Assembly: GCF_006345805.1 (NCBI RefSeq)
Contig: NC_043014.1
Location: 27,094,001-27,158,000, forward strand
Direction of reading: 5' to 3'
DNA: 64,000 nt
Source: Octopus sinensis
Taxonomy: Eukaryota
Shown: positions 1-12,939 of the stretch, piece after piece
Layout: every line of letters starts with the position of its first letter
Numbering within the stretch: the stretch's first letter is position 1
Position numbers and translations under genes: made by a program
The notes under the pieces: model-generated
Seen by the model: the letters and a program-made list of their open reading frames with translations, nothing else
Databases searched by the model: none
What the model was told of the DNA's origin: nothing

Positions 1-17
1 GCTGGAAAGATATCAAG

Positions 18-532
18 TCAGTCAGGAATAGGCAGAATTTTCCAATTCTTCAAAATATATTTATACATATGCATGCAACCACTGAAAATTTCTGAACTGG
101 AGTTCAGTAGAGAGTTAGGGAACTTAGATCTAAACAGGGTCTGTGCTCTTTCAGCCAAACAAAGCCTACATTTAATCAATCCATTCACATAAGGTATGGA
201 TTTCTCAATTACTTTCCATTTTATCACATGCAGTGTTTCGTTATCTTTCAAAGTCCATACATAGCTAGCCAACTTAGTAGCTTTACTTTTGTCCCTATGT
301 CGGAAGGAGGCTATTTGATTGGCATAGCAATTTTTAAATTCACCTTCACATAAGCCAATATAGGTCTTCTTATCAGTTGTATTATTATTTAGGGTTGCAG
401 TAACTTCTGCCTCATATATGATAGATTTATTCATATGTCGATGGTCAAGTAGACAGGATCCTGGATTGCAACAATCACTACTGGATTCAGGCTCTTGGTA
501 TTGACCATATGCAATGATACTCTTCATATTGG
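18..532 (-). mobile_element. Penelope-like element (PLE) fragment: C-terminal GIY-YIG endonuclease region
   Basis: ORF 18..527 reads KKTYIGLCEGEFKNCYANQIASFRH...LASYVWTLKD...IKWKVIE...CRLCLAE...LLNSSSEIFSGCMH, the typical PLE GIY-YIG plus C-x2-C/H tail. Confidence 0.85.
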
Positions 533-599
533 AGTATTCAGAAACATCTTTTATGTTCTGAGTTCAGATCACATTAAGTATGACTTTGTCTCTCAACAT

Positions 600-750
600 A
601 CCACTCAAATACTAGGAGTCATTCACTTTTCCAGCAACTCACAAATACAGGAAAATATTTAATAGGCATTCTGTAAAATTATCATATAGCTGCTGCCCCA
701 ATACGAAGAGTATCATTACACATGATCAATACCAAGAGCCTGAATCCAGT
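600..750 (+). mobile_element. Inverted piece of the same PLE (RT-endonuclease linker)
   Basis: + frame from 631 reads PATHKYRKIFNRHSVKLSYSCCPNTKSIITHDQYQEPESS. 698-750 is the reverse complement of 480-532 (53 bp, 4 transitions). Confidence 0.8.
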
Positions 751-849
751 TTCAACTTGACCAAAGATGTATGAATAAAACTATCATAGATGAGGCAGAA
801 GGTACTGAAGCCCTAAGTAATGATAGAACTGATAAGAAGACCTGAGTGG

Positions 850-990
850 ACTGGAGCAATATGAAATAAAGTGTCTTGCTCAAGGACACAATGCATATCT
901 GTGTGGGGTCAGATATGCTCACATGCTACCTGATATTGAACTTGCATTATGAGCTGAGTGCCCTAACCACTAAGCCACGTGCATTTACAA
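850..990 (-). mobile_element. tRNA-derived SINE with CORE/V-like central block
   Basis: ctggagcaatatgaaataaagtgtcttgctcaaggacacaa matches 60793-60835; decayed tRNA-like head (ctaaccactaagccacgtgc) at the right end. Confidence 0.7.
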
Positions 991-1029
991 TTAACATACA
1001 AATAATTATAATTATTTCTAACATTAGCA

Positions 1030-1235
1030 GAAAACCAGAAATTTTGCAGGAGGGAAATCACTGATTGCATTGACCCCAGTACAGGACGATAACTTTATAT
1101 TATTGACCCTAAAATAGGTGAAAGCTAAAACCAATCTTGACAGGATTTGAACTCATTGCAAAATGTTGTAACTAAATACTGCAAAGTATTTTGCTCTGCA
1201 ATCTAAAATTTCTGCCAATCCACTACCGTCATGGT
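1030..1235 (-). mobile_element. tRNA-derived SINE, Meta-domain-like family (decayed)
   Basis: attgaccccagtac...ttgaccctaaaatagg...atttgaactc; same family as 33700-33915 and 56030-56235. Confidence 0.6.
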
Positions 1236-2326
1236 GGTGGTGCTGGTGGTGGTGAGGAGGAGGAGGAGGAGGAGGGGGAGGAAAGGGAGGGAGGGTGAGG
1301 AAGAGGAAGAAATTGAGCAAACTGAACCCCAAAACAAATAATGTAACCATAAAAAGGAAACAACAACAATATCAACAACAATGATATAAAGACTAACTAA
1401 GCTAAAAGATATCATGTGGTTGCAGTAAGAAATAATTGGCAATCTTCCAGAATGTTCCATAACAGGTAGCAGGCAGTGCTGCTTGACTGTCATCCATACA
1501 TAGTTACTCACACACATGCACTCATGCACATACAGACAGACAGACGTGTACAGATGTATAACTACACTTTGAGATAAACCAATACAGATACAGACATACT
1601 TTTGCACACTCATGCAAAGTGAACCACACATATACACACATTTGGGTATATACATATATACACTTAGTCTCACACACACACAGATTCATATACATATATA
1701 TTAACATACACACACACACACATATTTATATACAAACAGAGATAGAGAGAGAGAGACTTATGAGTATTGATTCAAGGAGTTATGTACACAACTATGCATA
1801 AGATACAAATCCACACATTTACAAACTGACATACAGCTGGGTACTGTAAACTAAATACAAACAGAACAAATATAAACAAGCAGACATACACACACACATA
1901 CTGAAATACTCATGCATGCAATGTACATACAAACACACACACACACACACAGAAATAAACACACTTTGTAGACACATTAACTACAAAAATATTGTAAATG
2001 GAAACAAATATATACATAAATGTATACGCAAATATACATAGACACATGCACTAAAAATATACCCATGCACTTGGAGTTGCTCTCCCACCCATGTTTTGCA
2101 GGAGAAATTTAGTATAAAACTTTTAACACAAAATTTCTCAGCATTGTGCATAAGTTACATCTCTGATTTTTGTGAAGTTATGAAGTTATAAGGTGCAAAT
2201 TATATATGAACAAATATGGTGTGTATGTGTGTGTGTGTATTTATATATGTGTGTGTATGTGTGTATATATATATGACTATTCTATATATATATATATATG
2301 ACTATTCTATAGAATTTTGAACTCAC

Positions 2327-2380
<54 letters not shown>

Positions 2381-3149
2381 TGTGTGAGTATGTGCATGTT
2401 TGTATGTCTATCTGTCTCTATATATGTGTGTGTGTGTATGTATATGTATGTGTAAATATGTGTGTGTATATATGTATGTGTGTGTGTATGTATATGTACA
2501 TATGTATATTATCTCTATATATATCATATATAAATATATTTATAAATCCTAAATATATATATACTATCTCTACATATAAATTGTCTCTCTCCTGCTTCTC
2601 CATGTCATTTCTCTTCGTGATTCTCCTGTCTACTGAATCACCATTACTATCCTGCTGATCTGCATTGTCAGTTCTCACTTCTTACTCACAACTCTCTTTC
2701 CCCATACTCTCATGCAACTAAAACCCACCCACCCACACTCTTAGTCCCCTCTTTCCCACTCTTTTCCATCCACCTCATACCTTGAATGTCTACCCTGACA
2801 CCTCATCATCACTATTTTTATAATTTCCAGCTCCACCTTAATCAGCCCACCTCTAAAATGTGAGCAGTCATGTAGCTCATATACTGTAAGAAACCTGTTC
2901 TGCTCTGATCTCTTCTCTTCTACATCAACCCATTATCTCCTAACATAAACTTTTCTTCTTAAAGCTCTTAGTCATGCAAGCTGGCATGGAAAAGAATCAC
3001 CCAGTCCATGTTGCAAAGTGGTTGGCATTAGGAAGGGCATTCAATCATTGAAGCCATACTAAAGCAGACACTGGAGCACAATGCAATCCTTGAACCCATC
3101 AGACCCTGTAAAATCATGCAACCCAAGCCTGCATGGGATATGAACATTA

Positions 3150-3350
3150 AACGGTGCCCATCATATTCTATTATCTGTTGCCATCATTGCACAAGAAGCT
3201 CAATTTCATGCTTATGCCATTTGGCTGATTTGGAAACAAAATATCCCTTGCACCCATTTTCAATCTCATCCACAATGTTGAACCCCCATCTGTGCAGGAA
3301 ATAAGCTATGGATTGGCAAAGGTGGTAATCTGATGGTGCAAGGTCTGACC
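3150..3350 (-). mobile_element. mariner transposase fragment
   Basis: ORF 3184..3366 reads SDLAPSDYHLCQSIAYFL...EIENGCKGYFVSKSAKW, containing the mariner (S)PDLAPxDYHLF motif. Confidence 0.75.
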
Positions 3351-3368
3351 AACTTTCAATATACACAA

Positions 3369-3422
<54 letters not shown>

Positions 3423-3429
3423 CGCATAG

Positions 3430-3600
3430 TTGCATTTTGTTTGTCTTTACATTCTGAGTTCAAATACTGCCGAGGTCGACTTAGCCTTTTGTCCTTTCAG
3501 GGTTGATAAAATAAGTACCAGTTAAATACTGGGATTGATATAATAAACTTACCCACTCCTCTGAAACTGCTGGCCTTCTGCCAAAATTAGAAACCAATAT
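3430..3600 (+). mobile_element. Meta-domain-like SINE 3' part
   Basis: ttctgagttcaaatactgccgaggtcgacttagccttttgtcctttcagggttgataaaataagtaccag. Confidence 0.7.
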
Positions 3601-4072
3601 ATATAAATACACATACACACACATATATAGATATAAATTTATGAAAATAATTATCCTGTCCAATTAAGGAAAAAATAAAGAAAAAAATCTTTAAACATAC
3701 ATCCAAGCTGTTTCCATTTTTACTTTTTACCTATGTGTATGTGTATGTGTGTGTATTATATACATGCATACATAATATATATTATGTATTAGATAGCTGG
3801 ATGGATAGACAGACAACATTTAGTACAGTTGTTACAAGTCAATGACTCAGCAGTCAGGATTTTCTCTTGTTTTTCTTTTTTAATTAATTAATGGAAAACC
3901 TGCACTTCTTATCTATCTCTCATCTTTATTAGTATACTATTGTGGTACTTGTTTCCCCTAAATGTTGTTGTAGTGATGGTAGCTGTGATCATCGGTTATG
4001 GTTATTGTTGTAGTGGAGATGGCTGTATCTGCAGTGGTGGCAATGGTGGTAATTGGTTGTAGTTGTTGTTGT

Positions 4073-4142
<70 letters not shown>

Positions 4143-4239
4143 GTGTAGATATATATATATAATATATATATATATATAATATATATATATATTTGTGTGT
4201 AGATATATATATATATATATAATATATATATATATATAT

Positions 4240-4415
4240 CATCATCATCATCGTTTAACATCTGCTTTTCTTGCTAGCATGGGTTGGACGATTTGACTGA
4301 GGTCTGGTGAACCAGATGGCTGCACCAGACTCCAATCTGATCTGGCAGAGTTTCTACAGCTGGATGCCCTTCCTAACGCCAACCACTCTGAGAGTGTAGT
4401 GGGTGCTTTTATACA
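4240..4415 (-). mobile_element. RTE LINE 3' tail
   Basis: (cat)n-cgtttaac...gctagcatgggttggacg...cagctggatgcccttcctaacgccaaccactc...gtgggtgc; recurs many times in the window. Confidence 0.85.
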
Positions 4416-4430
4416 TACATACATGCAGTC

Positions 4431-4462
<32 letters not shown>

Positions 4463-4843
4463 GCATATATATATGCATTCATGTATGTATATGTACATGC
4501 AGGCATTCATACATACACACATTCATACACATACATACTTATACACACAAGCACAATTGCATATATGCATGCAAATATAGCCAAACATAAATCAATAGGT
4601 AGATAGTGAAATACAAAAACCAATGACTAGATCAATAGCCATGCTGAGTGATATATGAATATAAAACCAGTAATACTGTAAAGAGAATGGAAAAGAGATA
4701 TGAACAGATTAATAGATGGGCAGACATAGATATGTTTGATAAACAGATTGCCACATAAATAGAATTAGCTGTATATGAATGACAAGTTTGGCAGATATTT
4801 GTGTGTGTGTATGTGTGTGTACATATATATATATATATATATA

Positions 4844-5671
4844 CTAAGGGGGTATCAAAAAAGGACTAGTTATGTTTTTATAAAAAAATAACTTATTAAC
4901 CTAAGTTTTAACAATATTTCCTTCGAAATAGTCACCTTGTGTGGCAATACACTGGCCCCCAGTGTTCCTACCACTTTTGGAATCCAGCCTGGAAGTTGAC
5001 TTCCATAAACAAGTCTTCTGCAATTCACTCTTACTCTTGACAGTAGTGTTAAAATGATGACCTTGGAAAGAGATGGAAGTCCACAAGAGCTAAATCTGGT
5101 GAATAGGACAAGTGCAGAAGCAATACCATGTTGATTTTGGCAAAAAGCTTATGAGTGAGAAGAGCTTGGTGACAGGGTGTATTGTCATCATGAAGAATCC
5201 AATTCTTCATCAGCCACAGATCCAGTTGCTTTCACCAAATGTCCTCCCTCAAACACTTCAAAACATCATCGATTGTCCTCTAACGATCCTCATGCACAAA
5301 CTGATGAACTTTCTACACATTTCCTGGTGTGATATTCGTGGTAGGTCTTCCAGATTGTTTATCATCTTAAGAAATGTTCTTCCACTTTTGAAGCACCTAT
5401 GCCATTCGAAACATTGTGTACAACCCATTGCTTCATCATCATAAGCTTGCTGAAGCATTCCCAATGACTTTGTAGCAGGCTTCCCAAGTATAACACAAAA
5501 TTTTACATTGGCTCTCTGTTCCTGTCCATGACAAAAATCACAAACTACACATACATGTAATCACAAAAACACAGCGATGTCACTTGACATACTACTTCAT
5601 GAATATCACTGCTAGTTCTCACTGCGTATGCAACTGAGTGCTGCCATATGAGAACTCTTTGATACCACGTG
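4844..5671 (-). mobile_element. Internally deleted mariner element with both TIRs
   Basis: ggtatcaaaa at the left end and tttgatacc at the right end, flanked by TA. Decayed transposase pieces: QGDYFEGN; MGCTQCFEWHRCFKSGR (HTH region). Confidence 0.8.
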
Positions 5672-5749
5672 TATATGTGTGTGTGTGTGTGTATAACAGC
5701 TGAAACTACACTCATATGAATCTAGTGAGGAATCCAATAGCACCTCTTG

Positions 5750-6290
5750 TTTAATCTATAGCAAAACTGATAATATCCATAGAGTGATACATAATACATA
5801 ATATTTTTTGCCAGTAGCAAGCAGAAGGTAATATTAATAAGCATTATTGTAGCTGTAAGAGTAAATTAGTAGGTCCACTTCAAGGACAATACCTCAGGAA
5901 AATCCTAGTTTATAGATGTACAGTAACAGCTGACAGTATTTTAGTTATTACATAAGATCATGTTCTACTAACTTTAAACAAAAATTATGTAACGATCTTT
6001 CTTCATTCAAAAATAGGTAAAAATATGAATTGCATAAGTTTTAGTAGGTTCATCTGGACTTTAAAGGATAGGGATACTGAATATGCTATTAAATGGGTAA
6101 TTATTAGTAGCACTTCACCATATACTATTGGGAATTCAAGAGGTGGTCTGTGCTTGGAAGAAATATTTCATATTTTTGCCTCTATTATTAAATTATGGAA
6201 AAGAACTAACAGTAAATTGCACACATTCACTGAGAAAAATATTTAAGTATTTTCTAAATAAAGATTTTTAATTAGAAACCACATAGAAGG
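5750..6290 (+). mobile_element. Second PLE GIY-YIG fragment (decayed)
   Basis: ORF 6025..6246 SRFIWTLKDRDTEYAIKWVIISSTSPY...GLCLEEIFHI is homologous to ORF 18..527; upstream frames give PLQGQYL...LVYRCTVT. Confidence 0.75.
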
Positions 6291-7594
6291 GCACAAAATT
6301 TATCCTAGTCTAATAATCGCAAATTTATTTTGGTTAGATTTTAACAAATTCACACTAAATGTCACAATTATATTTTCTATTTTTTACTTTTTTGTGAATT
6401 GAGACAAAATATGATTAGAATTTCAACTTACTTTATTCATCTCAATTAATACTAGACTTCTAATATTAAAAAAAGTGTAAAACTTTATTGATTACCCAAA
6501 CCAAAACAATATTTCTTCTTTCTTTCAATACCTTTTAAATTTGTCCATTTATCTTATATGGTAACGTACTATCCTCATTATGAGTGGTCAGTGATGTGAA
6601 TACATCCTGACCTAATTAAGTTTTTTTTTTGTTATCTACTGTCAAGTGTATAAAGTAATCAGCCAGAGTGGGGAAAGTTCTCAGATGGAACTATAATGGT
6701 CTAGTCTTTATGACCGAGACAGGCTCCCTAGTTTGCCTTGGTTGTGAAGACCAAGGGATCAGCTATGGTCAGACCTGCAGAGAGATGGATGCTGTCAGGT
6801 TTACATGCCATCATAACACTATATGATGAACAAGCCAGAAAATAAATAGCAATATGGATAGATAGACAGAGAGAGACAGAGACAGACAGACAGACAGACA
6901 GGCAGGCAGGCAAACAGACAGACAGACAGACAGATAGACAGATGCAGAGATACAAATTAAAGGATAAATTGATAGATACAAAGAGAGTAAAATAAAAATT
7001 GAAGGTGAAACTATGAAGTCAGTGTCTTCTTTTACAGTTAATTTTGTAGTTTTATTATATATTTTGAATTTCAAATTATGAGTGCAGTCCCACTGCTTGG
7101 CACCATTGGCTAGTGTCTTCTACTATGGCCCCGGTCTAACTGAAACCTTGTGAGAGGAGTTGGTAGGCAGAAATTGAAAGAAGCCTGCAGTATATGCATA
7201 TGAGTGTGTGCATGTGTGTATGTGTTTGTATATGTGTAAGTGTGTGTATGTTTGTGTCTCATTTTCTGGCATTGTGTGAAAATTGTAAATGAATCTTCCT
7301 GTCATACAAAGCAATGTCATTCATTTCCAATATTCTTCATACTTAGCTAAGGAGAAATGTTGCCTTGGTTAGGAACAAGTGTGGGTTGACAACAGGAAGA
7401 GCACCCAGATAGAAAATTTGTCTCTATAAACACCATCCGACCCAGGCAAGCATGGGAAAGTAGACTTTAAAATGACGATGGTATGTGTATGTATTACTGT
7501 GCATGTGTGTATGTACATACACACACACACACAGAATGCAGACAAGTATTTGTGTACATGCATGTGTGTGTGTGCATATGTATATATATATATA

Positions 7595-8792
7595 CCAGCT
7601 TAAGGTGACCCGCTCTACGTGCGGGTAAGAGTGTGGTTGTTATTTTCTGTTGCATCCTTTCAGCACGTAAAAAGCACCATCCGAACGTGGCCGATGCAGC
7701 GCCGCCTTGACTGGCTTCTGTGCTGGTGGCATGTAAAAAGCACCAACCAATCGTGGCTGCTGCCAGTGCCCCTACCCCCGTGGCACCTGTGCCGGTGGCA
7801 CGAAAAAAGCACCCACTACAGTCACGGAGTGGTTGGCGTTAGGAAGGGCATCCAGCTGTAGAAACACTGCCAGATCAGACTGGAGCCTGGTGCAGCCTCC
7901 TAGCTTCCCAGACCCCGGTCAAACCATCCAACCCGTGCTAGCACGGAAAACGGACGTTAAACGATGATGATGATGATGATGATTCTCCCTCTTTGTTTCT
8001 CTCTCCTTTCTCTCTCCCTTTCTCTCGGACTTACTCTTCCTTTCTCTCGGACTCTCCTTCGCTTTCTTTTACTGTTTGTCTTTCTCTATCTATCTCTCTC
8101 CCATTTATAAACAACAAAAGATCTTGAGTAAGTTGAGAAAGAAAGTAGTTTGAAAGATCAATCATAAATATCAGGCAGTGACAACGGAAAGGTCTGCTTC
8201 AAGGCAGAAAGCAAAACACTAACATTTAAAAGGGACAGACGAACTTGTGAGCTGAATAAAAATAAAAAAATATTGGAAACCAAAGTTTGAAAGGATAGAA
8301 TCTGAGGATAGTAGAGTCACCATGGCACGCATTTCTTAACGACGGACAGTAATATAGTGGCAGTTTAACGGCTGGCGTAAAATTTTGAACTTGATGTAAA
8401 AGAAAATTCCTAAACACTAAGCTTTGAAGTGATTCTTTCTCATGACAGTAGACTCACCATGGCAAAAAGTCAAAACTTCTTCATCATGGACGGCAACACA
8501 TTGACGATTTAAAGGCTGGCACAAATTTTTTAGCTTCATGTAACAGAGAATTCCTAAACACCCGCTCCTGTAAATTTTAATCCCCTTCAAGCCCCATTTA
8601 GACCTCTTTTCACATTTTGCTTAATATAACCCGATTTCATTCGGGTCTACTTGGGTCACATTTTATAAGCTGAGGAATTTTGTCCTAGAGGTCACGCCTT
8701 TCATTTGAGGAAAAAAATAGTTGCCATGCAAACTCGCCAGCACTTTTAACATAGGTGTGCATATTTTCAGCACAACCGACCACATAATGCAC

Positions 8793-8842
<50 letters not shown>

Positions 8843-8920
8843 TTATATATATGTATGTGTGTGTGTGTGTACGCATTATATATACAAATGTATACAAATT
8901 ATATATATATATATTATATA

Positions 8921-8960
<40 letters not shown>

Positions 8961-9682
8961 TAAATTAGAGATAAAACCATTATTAGGCAAATCAAACAGT
9001 GAAAAACATAAACGAAAACATAAAAATAAAAATATAATGTACAAAATATATAAAATATAAAATTTAAAAATTTAAATTATTTAAATTTAAAATCAAAATT
9101 ATTAATTTATATTTATAATTCTTTTTTTAAATATATATAACTATCAAAAAGTATTAAAAAGTTTAATATACATATTCATATATAGAACACACACACACAC
9201 ACACACATATATATACATTTACCCAATAAATATCTGATTCATAATATTTGTTCTCATGATTGTGTGGTGGTGGTGGTGGCGATGATAATTCTGTCTATGA
9301 ATGCAGACAGACGTAGAGAGAGAGAGAGAGAGTGTGAAAGTGCTGTCAAAGGCAGTGAGGGGGAGATATAGAACGCTGTTTGACGACGTTATAAAGAGAA
9401 AGTGAAGGGGAGTTAGACGCTGTTAAACGTTATATATAGAAAGTAATGGGAAGAGAGGAAAGAGAGTGAGTGACGGAGGAAGACAGATACATAAAAGAGT
9501 GAGAGTAGACTTGTCAAAGTGCGTTTTTGGCCCTAGCAACGACACAGGTATCCTCACCTCATTTTACATGTCCCTGTAAATTTTGGAGTCAATCCGACGG
9601 GATCTAGTGGCCATTAACCCGTTCTCAATGCCAAAACCAGACAAACAAACAAACTTTTTGCATTTCAGATTTATAATATAGA
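7595..9682 (-). mobile_element. Non-autonomous Helitron (~2.1 kb) with nested insertions
   Basis: On the minus strand it starts TCTATATTATAAATCTG at 9682 (preceded by A) and ends in hairpin acccgc-acgtaga-gcgggt followed by ...CTGG at 7595 (followed by T): 5'-TC, 3'-CTRR, A|T insertion site. Confidence 0.7.
7645..7985 (+). mobile_element. RTE LINE 3' UTR/tail nested in the Helitron
   Basis: Repeated gtggcacgtaaaaagcacc modules, ggaagggcatccagctgtagaaac, (gat)n tail. Confidence 0.85.
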
Positions 9683-9749
9683 TATATATATGTACACATA
9701 CATGCACACACAGAAATACACACAAACACACATACACACACATATCATC

Positions 9750-10020
9750 ATTATATGCAAAGATGCATGGCCTAGTTGTTCGGCTACTGCACTCATGATC
9801 ATTAGATCGTGGGTTCAATTTCCTGACTGGGTAGCATGTTCTGTTCTTGAGCAAAATACTTCATTTCACATTGCTCTCATCCCACTTTCGATCAGCAGGT
9901 AATGTTGGCCTACTTACCTAGCCATGGGAGTGGTGTCATTTGAAGGTTAAAACAATGCAAAAGCACATTGTGATCAGCAATGTGTAACAACATCTGATAA
10001 CCTGGTCAGTCACATAGTTA
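9750..10020 (+). mobile_element. tRNA-derived SINE with CORE/V-like block
   Basis: A-box-like tggcctagttgtt, B-box-like gggttcaattt, then ttgagcaaaatacttcatttcacattgctc. Confidence 0.65.
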
Positions 10021-10424
10021 CATGATACATATATACTTTCAATAGTTTGACTTTTTCACTGTTCATTTTTCCACCTTTTGCTTTTTATCCTTCCATCCAT
10101 CCACTTTCCATTACTAGTCTTATAGGACAGTTTCCATTGTGTTTCTATACATTTGTCTTGTCTTAGAGCCGCACAGACTTTATTTTGTTTGTATATTCAC
10201 ATTTATATGTTGTTTGTTTTCATCACTGTCCTCAATGTTTGCGTGCTATTCCCAACAGCTTTTTACTGTTGATGCTGCCAAAAATGAATAATATTATCAT
10301 TAAAAGCATGAAATTGTAATGATTTTTTTTGGATGATAACTGACAAGGAAAGAGTACGTTCATCTCTTGTGTGTAGAATTTCCATTCATTCTTTGTCAAG
10401 CTTCTGCTCAACTTTTGAAACATA

Positions 10425-10471
<47 letters not shown>

Positions 10472-10472
10472 G

Positions 10473-10870
10473 CACAGGCATGGCTGTGTGGTAAGAAGCT
10501 TGCCTTCCAACCACATGGTTCTTGGTTCAATCCCACTATGTAGTACCAAAGGCAAGTGTCTTCTGCTAAAGCTTCAGCCGATCAAAGCTTTGTGAGTGGA
10601 CTTGGTGTATGGAAAATGGAAGAAACCTGTCATACATATATATATATATGTGTGTGTGTGTCTATGTTTGCAACCCCCACCATCGCTTGACAGCCAATAC
10701 TGGTGTTTTTATGTCCCCATAACTTAGCAGTTCAGCGGAAAGAGACTGATAAAATAAGTACTAGGCTTACAAAGAATAAATGTTGTGTTGATTTCTTCAA
10801 CTAAAATCCTTTGAGGTGGTATCCCAGTACAGCCAGAGTCAAATGACTGAAACAAATAGAATGATAAAAG
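10473..10870 (+). mobile_element. Composite tRNA-derived SINE (head, CORE-like block, internal microsatellite, tail)
   Basis: ggcatggctgtgtggtaagaagcttgc...ggttcaatcccact...ggcaagtgtcttct...(TA/TG)n...ttgacagccaatactggtg...aaatgactgaaacaaa. Near copies at 41745-42150 and 50688-51050. Confidence 0.85.
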
Positions 10871-11260
10871 AATATATATATGTTAAAGTGATAGGGAGGA
10901 GATGGATAATATGAACAGACAGACATACACAGACTGATCAACACTTACATAGAGAAAAGTTGAGAGACTAATAGATTAGAATGCAAATGTATGTATAGAT
11001 AAGAAGGTATCAAATAAACTACATGCAGAGGGTGAAGCATTTAAGCATTCAAGCATTCATTAAATGGATACCAAAGACAGGAATCTTGTTCCAGATAAGT
11101 TTCAGTGCAGACAGGTGGTAATTAGAGATTTCCTTTCTCCCCTTTCTTTCGCTACTGCAATTAGGATACAATCATTCATATATATTGAAGAACATAAGAG
11201 CAAATGGAACAGTTTACATGCACAAAAAAACACAGGGATATATGGAATATATATGTGTAA

Positions 11261-11291
<31 letters not shown>

Positions 11292-11300
11292 TATGTACAC

Positions 11301-11337
<37 letters not shown>

Positions 11338-11367
11338 ATACACACATATATGTACACACATATATAT

Positions 11368-11410
<43 letters not shown>

Positions 11411-11699
11411 ATACATATATATATATAATATATATATATATATAATATATATATACATATATGTATACACACAATTATATATATATTTACGCACACACAA
11501 ACACACACACACACACATATATATACACACACACACAAAAGAAACACATGGATATATGGAATATAAATGAATATATACATATATTCAAACAACGAAAAAA
11601 ACAGAGAAAGGAGAGATGCAACATTAAGAACATTCCCTTCATCAGTTGTTCCCTGTTTTATCTTTATATACATATACATATATATATATATATATAAGC

Positions 11700-11905
11700 A
11701 AGAAGTTGAGATTATAAGAGATAATGGTGTCATTGAGACCCAAAGGTCTCAAAACTAACTTTGACTTAATTTTTCCTCTCACACTGTCTCCGATGAAGGG
11801 ATATTATTATCAATTAATATTCTACAAACAGCTGTAAGACCTTCTATCTATAAATGCTCTAATATCTATACAGCCTTGGTTTTTTTTATCTCATTATGCA
11901 AAAAA
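11700..11905 (+). mobile_element. PLE-type terminal repeat fragment with a degenerate hammerhead-like motif (11786-11840)
   Basis: gtct-CCGATGA-agggatatt...aatattctac-AAAC-agct-GTA-agac. The same family lies on the minus strand at ~47800-48260, downstream of a GIY-YIG fragment. Confidence 0.55.
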
Positions 11906-11908
11906 TTC

Positions 11909-11944
<36 letters not shown>

Positions 11945-12121
11945 CTGTGTGTATATATATATATATGCATACATATATATGTATATATACATATATGTAT
12001 ATACACATATATACATATACTCTTTTACTCAGTTATTTGTTTCGGTCATGTGAGTGTAGCCATGCTGGAGCACCACCTTTTAGTTCAAGAAATCGATACA
12101 CACACAAATATATATGTAAAC

Positions 12122-12505
12122 AGTGGAGGTGCAATGGCCCAGTGGTTAGGGCAGCGGACTCGTGGTCGTAGGATCGCGGTTTCGATTCCCAGACCAGGCG
12201 TTGTGAGTGTTTATTGAGTGAAAACACCTAAAAGCTTCATGAGGCTCCGGCAGGGATGGTGGTGATCCCTGTTGTACTCTTTCACCACAACCTTCTCTCA
12301 CTCTTACTTCCTGTTTCTGTTGTACCTGTATTTCAAAGGGCCGGCCTTGTCACTCTCTGTGTCACGCTGAATATCCCCGAGAACTACGTTAAGGGTACAC
12401 GTGTCTGTGGAGTACTCAGCCACTTACATGTTAATTTCACAAGCAGGCTGTTCCGTTGATCGGATCAACCAGAACCCTCATCGTCGTAACCGACGGAGTG
12501 CTTCC
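12122..12505 (+). mobile_element. Well-preserved tRNA-derived SINE
   Basis: A box tggcccagtggtt, B box ggtttcgattccc, CpG-rich body; a decayed relative is at ~20850-21120. Confidence 0.85.
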
Positions 12506-12746
12506 CACCATATATGTAAACATATATATATATATACAAATCTATATATACATATATATATACATAAATGCATATACACACACACATACACACACACATA
12601 CACACACACACACACACATACATACATGCATACATACATATACAGTGAATGAAGTATAAGAATTTCGGTCCTTACCTCCTATATAAATCTATACATATAT
12701 ATACATACATATGGATACATATACATACATATATATACATACTTAG

Positions 12747-12789
<43 letters not shown>

Positions 12790-12939
12790 CCTATTTATAT
12801 ATACACATATATATATATACACACATATATATATACACATATATACATATATATAACATCTCTGTTAATACTTTCACTATTATATGGTTTCAATTTCAAT
12901 TACTTTCATACATATTAATTTCATTTCTCTTACCTTCAA

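Noticed and set aside
12123-12200. tRNA-like sequence (also 60840-60910 and other A/B-box heads)
   Set aside because: SINE heads: no convincing acceptor stem or cloverleaf, and each is followed by a repeat body.
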